Shown piece after piece: positions 60,907 through 64,000 of a stretch of DNA of 64,000 bases. Location of the stretch: contig CAMZDW010000003.1 of assembly GCA_947305555.1 (NCBI GenBank), forward strand, positions 4,856 to 68,855, given 5' to 3'. Position numbers and translations under genes: made by a program. Position 1 is the stretch's first letter. Every line of letters starts with the position of its first letter. Source of the stretch: an uncultured Elusimicrobium sp. GTDB taxonomy: Bacteria > Elusimicrobiota > Elusimicrobia > Elusimicrobiales > Elusimicrobiaceae. The notes below the pieces were generated by a model. It was given only the letters and a program-made list of their open reading frames with translations. It ran no database searches and was not told the origin of the DNA.

Positions 60907-61764
60907 CTAATCAAACTCAATTTCTACAGACATGGTAAAATAAGTTTTACGATTTGCTTCCCGCCGGGGTTCAAATACTTCCACGCCCCCTGAAAAAGTA
61001 GTTTCGCCCCAATGGATATTAAGTCCTCCATTTACCGCGGCCGCCGGGCTGGAAGCCTGGGCATACTGATAACGAACCAACGTAGCATACGGCGTAATGA
61101 AATGAGTTTTATAACTTACACGCAAGGCTGCGGCTTCACGTAAAAAACCTTGTACAACCGCCGTCATGTACGGAATATCCGCCCAATTGAAACTAATTTC
61201 TTGCGGAAGAGTCTCACTATATTTTAGCACTTTCTGCCAGGAGCCTTGTAAAGTCCAAAAGCCGACGTCCACCGCCGCTTCCGTTTTTAAATTTGTTTCC
61301 ACTTCCACAAAGGGCCTTTCCAGCCGTTGGCCGGCCGTATCTACGTAGGTTCGGTAACGCCCTTGCCCCACGTGCACGCCCAGTTGTGGATTTTTCAAAA
61401 TTCCCCAGCGGTAAAAAGGAGCCCAGGATAATCCCCCTTGATAACGAACAGACTTATAACCCAACCCCGTAGGTTGCCAAAAAACACCCGCTAGAATTTT
61501 CCAACTATCGTTTAATTCATAGGCACCGCGTAACCCGTATCGATGGGTAGTGCCTGTTTTTTCCACATCTTTCTCATCAGACATGCGATAATATTCATAC
61601 GAAGGAGCCAAAAAGAATCCGTTATCCAAATCCCACCTAAATATACCTCGCATAGCTGCATAACCGCGCTCTCCGTTTACACCCGAAAAACTGAGCTGCC
61701 CGTAGCACAATGCACACGGGCAGATCAGAATCAGAAAACTAAAGATTGCGGTTTTAAAACGCAT
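60907..61764 (-). CDS. Secreted hypothetical protein, probably an outer-membrane beta-barrel
   Basis: Signal peptide, amphipathic aromatic strands, C-terminus ending IEFD. Confidence 0.6.
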   Translation of the reverse strand: MRFKTAIFSFLILICPCALCYGQLSFSGVNGERGYAAMRGIFRWDLDNGFFLAPSYEYYRMSDEKDVEKTGTTHRYGLRGAYELNDSWKILAGVFWQPTGLGYKSVRYQGGLSWAPFYRWGILKNPQLGVHVGQGRYRTYVDTAGQRLERPFVEVETNLKTEAAVDVGFWTLQGSWQKVLKYSETLPQEISFNWADIPYMTAVVQGFLREAAALRVSYKTHFITPYATLVRYQYAQASSPAAAVNGGLNIHWGETTFSGGVEVFEPRREANRKTYFTMSVEIEFD

Positions 61765-62831
61765 TATTTTACTTTTTTAGCTTTCGCAATTTTGGCGTCT
61801 TCATCTTGTAAGAATTTGACGTAGTTGGTCGCTTTGCGTTTTTTCCACGCACCTTTGTGGTAACCGTAGCCGATAATAAGCGGGATGAGCGTGGTGCATT
61901 CGCCGTATACCATTTGCTCCAAGGCGGTGGAAACTTTACCCCAAGAAGAAGCTTCTTTGAGGGTGGAACCGGATAAAGCTCCGTCGCGCACGTCAGCTAC
62001 TGTAATTTGTACAGCATATTTGTGCATCGGAATTTCGGCTCCCAAAATTTCGGCCGCAACAACGGTATCTTGTGCGAAGTTTTTCGGCACACCGCCGGAC
62101 CACATCATTAGACCCGTTTCTTTGGCTTTGATTTTGATTTTGGTAAGCTCCAAGAAATCTTTGGCACTGTCAATGGAGACGTGGGCTCCGGGATGTTCGG
62201 TTTGATGTGCTACAAAACCAAACCCGGCAGAACAGTCGCTAAACGCAGGAACAAACACCGGCACACCGTGTTTATACGCGTTGTAAACGATAGAATCTTT
62301 GCCTTTTTTATTTTTCTCCAACCATTTTCCCATTTCCCAAATAAATTCTCGGGAAGAATACGGACGTGGTTCTAAGTAGTTGCAAATTTTGTGGATAGTT
62401 TCATCGCATTCTTTCAATTGATCTTCATCAATGTAAGTATCATAAATGCGGTCAATGTGCAAATCGCGCAAAAGATTATCGTCCTGATTGTACGGCGTTC
62501 CGATATAGTGTTTATAACCAAGAGCTTCAAAAAAGTCTTGATCCACAATGTTCGCACCATTGGAAACGATGGCATCCACCATATTATTTTGAATCATATC
62601 CACCACTACTTTTTTCATACCGGCGGATACGAGCGACCCGGCAATACACAAAATAACGGAGCATTTTTTATCAGCGAGCATCATGTTGTAAATTTTGCTC
62701 GCGCGGGCCACTTCACGGGAAGCATACGCCATCCCTTCAAACGCTTCTACCATGGGGACCACATTGTATTTTTTCAAATCAATGTGTTTGATGGTATTTT
62801 TGAGGAAGTCTTTTTTGGTCAATTTTGCCAT
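61764..62831 (-). CDS. Deoxyhypusine synthase-like protein (probable homospermidine synthase)
   Basis: AGSLVSAG, DRIYDTYI, PAFSDCS.G, GGVPKNF, DGALSGST.KEA.SWGK. Confidence 0.9.
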   Translation of the reverse strand: MAKLTKKDFLKNTIKHIDLKKYNVVPMVEAFEGMAYASREVARASKIYNMMLADKKCSVILCIAGSLVSAGMKKVVVDMIQNNMVDAIVSNGANIVDQDFFEALGYKHYIGTPYNQDDNLLRDLHIDRIYDTYIDEDQLKECDETIHKICNYLEPRPYSSREFIWEMGKWLEKNKKGKDSIVYNAYKHGVPVFVPAFSDCSAGFGFVAHQTEHPGAHVSIDSAKDFLELTKIKIKAKETGLMMWSGGVPKNFAQDTVVAAEILGAEIPMHKYAVQITVADVRDGALSGSTLKEASSWGKVSTALEQMVYGECTTLIPLIIGYGYHKGAWKKRKATNYVKFLQDEDAKIAKAKKVK

Positions 62832-62968
62832 TTCTTTTTACACCTCTTGCTGGAATTAACTTCTATTTAGTAAATTATATTAAATAACACGAAAAAATCA
62901 TAGAAAAATATCAAAAATTTTTATTCCTTCAAAATGTAATAAAAATTCTACCGCCCAAGGAGCTTATT

Positions 62969-64000
62969 ATGTATCCAAATTTACAGCAAACTGACCCAGA
63001 AATTTTTACAGCTGTTTCCAGCGAACTCTCCCGCCAACGTGAAAAATTAGAACTCATTGCTTCCGAAAATTTTACCTCGCTAGCCGTGATGCAAGCACAA
63101 GGTTCTATCTTAACCAATAAGTATGCCGAAGGTTATCCCGGCAAACGTTATTACGGCGGTTGTGAATTTGTAGACCAGGTGGAAACGTTGGCGATTGAGC
63201 GCGCCAAAAAATTATTCGGTGCTGAGCATGCCAACGTACAACCTCACTCCGGCGCGCAAGCTAATATGGCCGTTTATCTAGCGCTGTTGCAACCGGGTGA
63301 CACCGTACTTGGCTTAAATCTTTCCCACGGAGGGCATTTAACCCACGGGCATCCGCTCAATTTCTCCGGCAAACTTTATCATATCGTTGCCATGAATGTG
63401 CGCAAAGATACCGAAGAAATTGATTATGATGAAGCAGCCCAACTTGCGTTGCAACATAAACCAAAACTGATTTTTGCGGGAGCTTCTAACTATTCGCGCA
63501 AATTTGATTGGAAGAAACTGCGTGAAATTGCTGATTCTTGCGGCGCTTATTTAGCTTGTGACATCGCTCACTATGCAGGTCTCGTTGCGGCGGGCGAATA
63601 CCCTTCTCCTGTTCCGTACGCCGACGTAGTAACCACCACCACGCACAAGACCCTTCGCGGTCCGCGCGGCGGACTTATTTTGTGCAAAGAAAGTTTAGCC
63701 AAAGTCATTAACTCCGCCGTTTTCCCCGGTGTTCAAGGAGGGCCTTTGATGCACGTTATCGCCGGTAAAGCCGTCTGCTTTGGTGAAGCGCTTACGCCAC
63801 AGTTTAAAGCATATCAACATCAAATTAAAATCAACGCGGCAGCTCTGGCGAGCGAACTAGTCGCCCGCGGCTACCGCTTGGTAGCAGGCGGAACAGATTG
63901 CCACGTGATGTGTGTCGATTTGCGCAATAAAACAATGACGGGCAAAGTGGCCGAGGCCGCGCTTGATAAAGCCGGCATTACCGCCAACAAAAACACCATT
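62969..64000 (+). CDS. glyA: Serine hydroxymethyltransferase, 3' truncated by the window edge
   Basis: Not in the ORF track. ATG 62969 after SD AAGGAG reads MYPNLQ...LIASENF...[15 protein letters not shown]...[14 protein letters not shown]. Confidence 0.97.
   Translation, partial: MYPNLQQTDPEIFTAVSSELSRQREKLELIASENFTSLAVMQAQGSILTNKYAEGYPGKRYYGGCEFVDQVETLAIERAKKLFGAEHANVQPHSGAQANMAVYLALLQPGDTVLGLNLSHGGHLTHGHPLNFSGKLYHIVAMNVRKDTEEIDYDEAAQLALQHKPKLIFAGASNYSRKFDWKKLREIADSCGAYLACDIAHYAGLVAAGEYPSPVPYADVVTTTTHKTLRGPRGGLILCKESLAKVINSAVFPGVQGGPLMHVIAGKAVCFGEALTPQFKAYQHQIKINAAALASELVARGYRLVAGGTDCHVMCVDLRNKTMTGKVAEAALDKAGITANKNTI

Overview
A mostly housekeeping 64-kb chromosomal segment from a diderm bacterium (lnt, outer-membrane barrels, meso-DAP-type MurE). 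Gene content and protein style suggest a gut Elusimicrobiota lineage; this is an inference. It contains ltaE-nfo, tRNA-Ala(GGC), smc, a GT2 gene, the hpf-hprK-rapZ-mannose-family PTS-ptsH-ptsI-lepA operon, folD, mscL, a CofE-like ligase, hemW, prfB, lnt, secA, a squalene synthase-like gene, agcS, dapA-asd-dapB-murC, sppA, tilS-murE-murD, uvrB, tRNA-Val(CAC), an ampG-murQ-anmK-nagZ recycling cluster, comEC, recR, dnaX, a deoxyhypusine synthase-like gene and a partial glyA. I found no integrase, transposase, prophage, CRISPR array or rRNA. The most unusual signals are: (1) a small, basic, internally duplicated protein resembling the crenarchaeal chromatin protein CC1, encoded head-to-head with an smc whose hinge is divergent; (2) 102-bp tandem repeats built from the 5' end of tRNA-Val, lying directly upstream of it; (3) a ~340-nt, hairpin-dense, G-U-rich leader ahead of the GT2 gene; (4) other orphan structured intergenic RNA candidates; and (5) a poly-T tract in the promoter spacer of a Cys-rich surface protein gene. 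All RNA structures were folded by eye.
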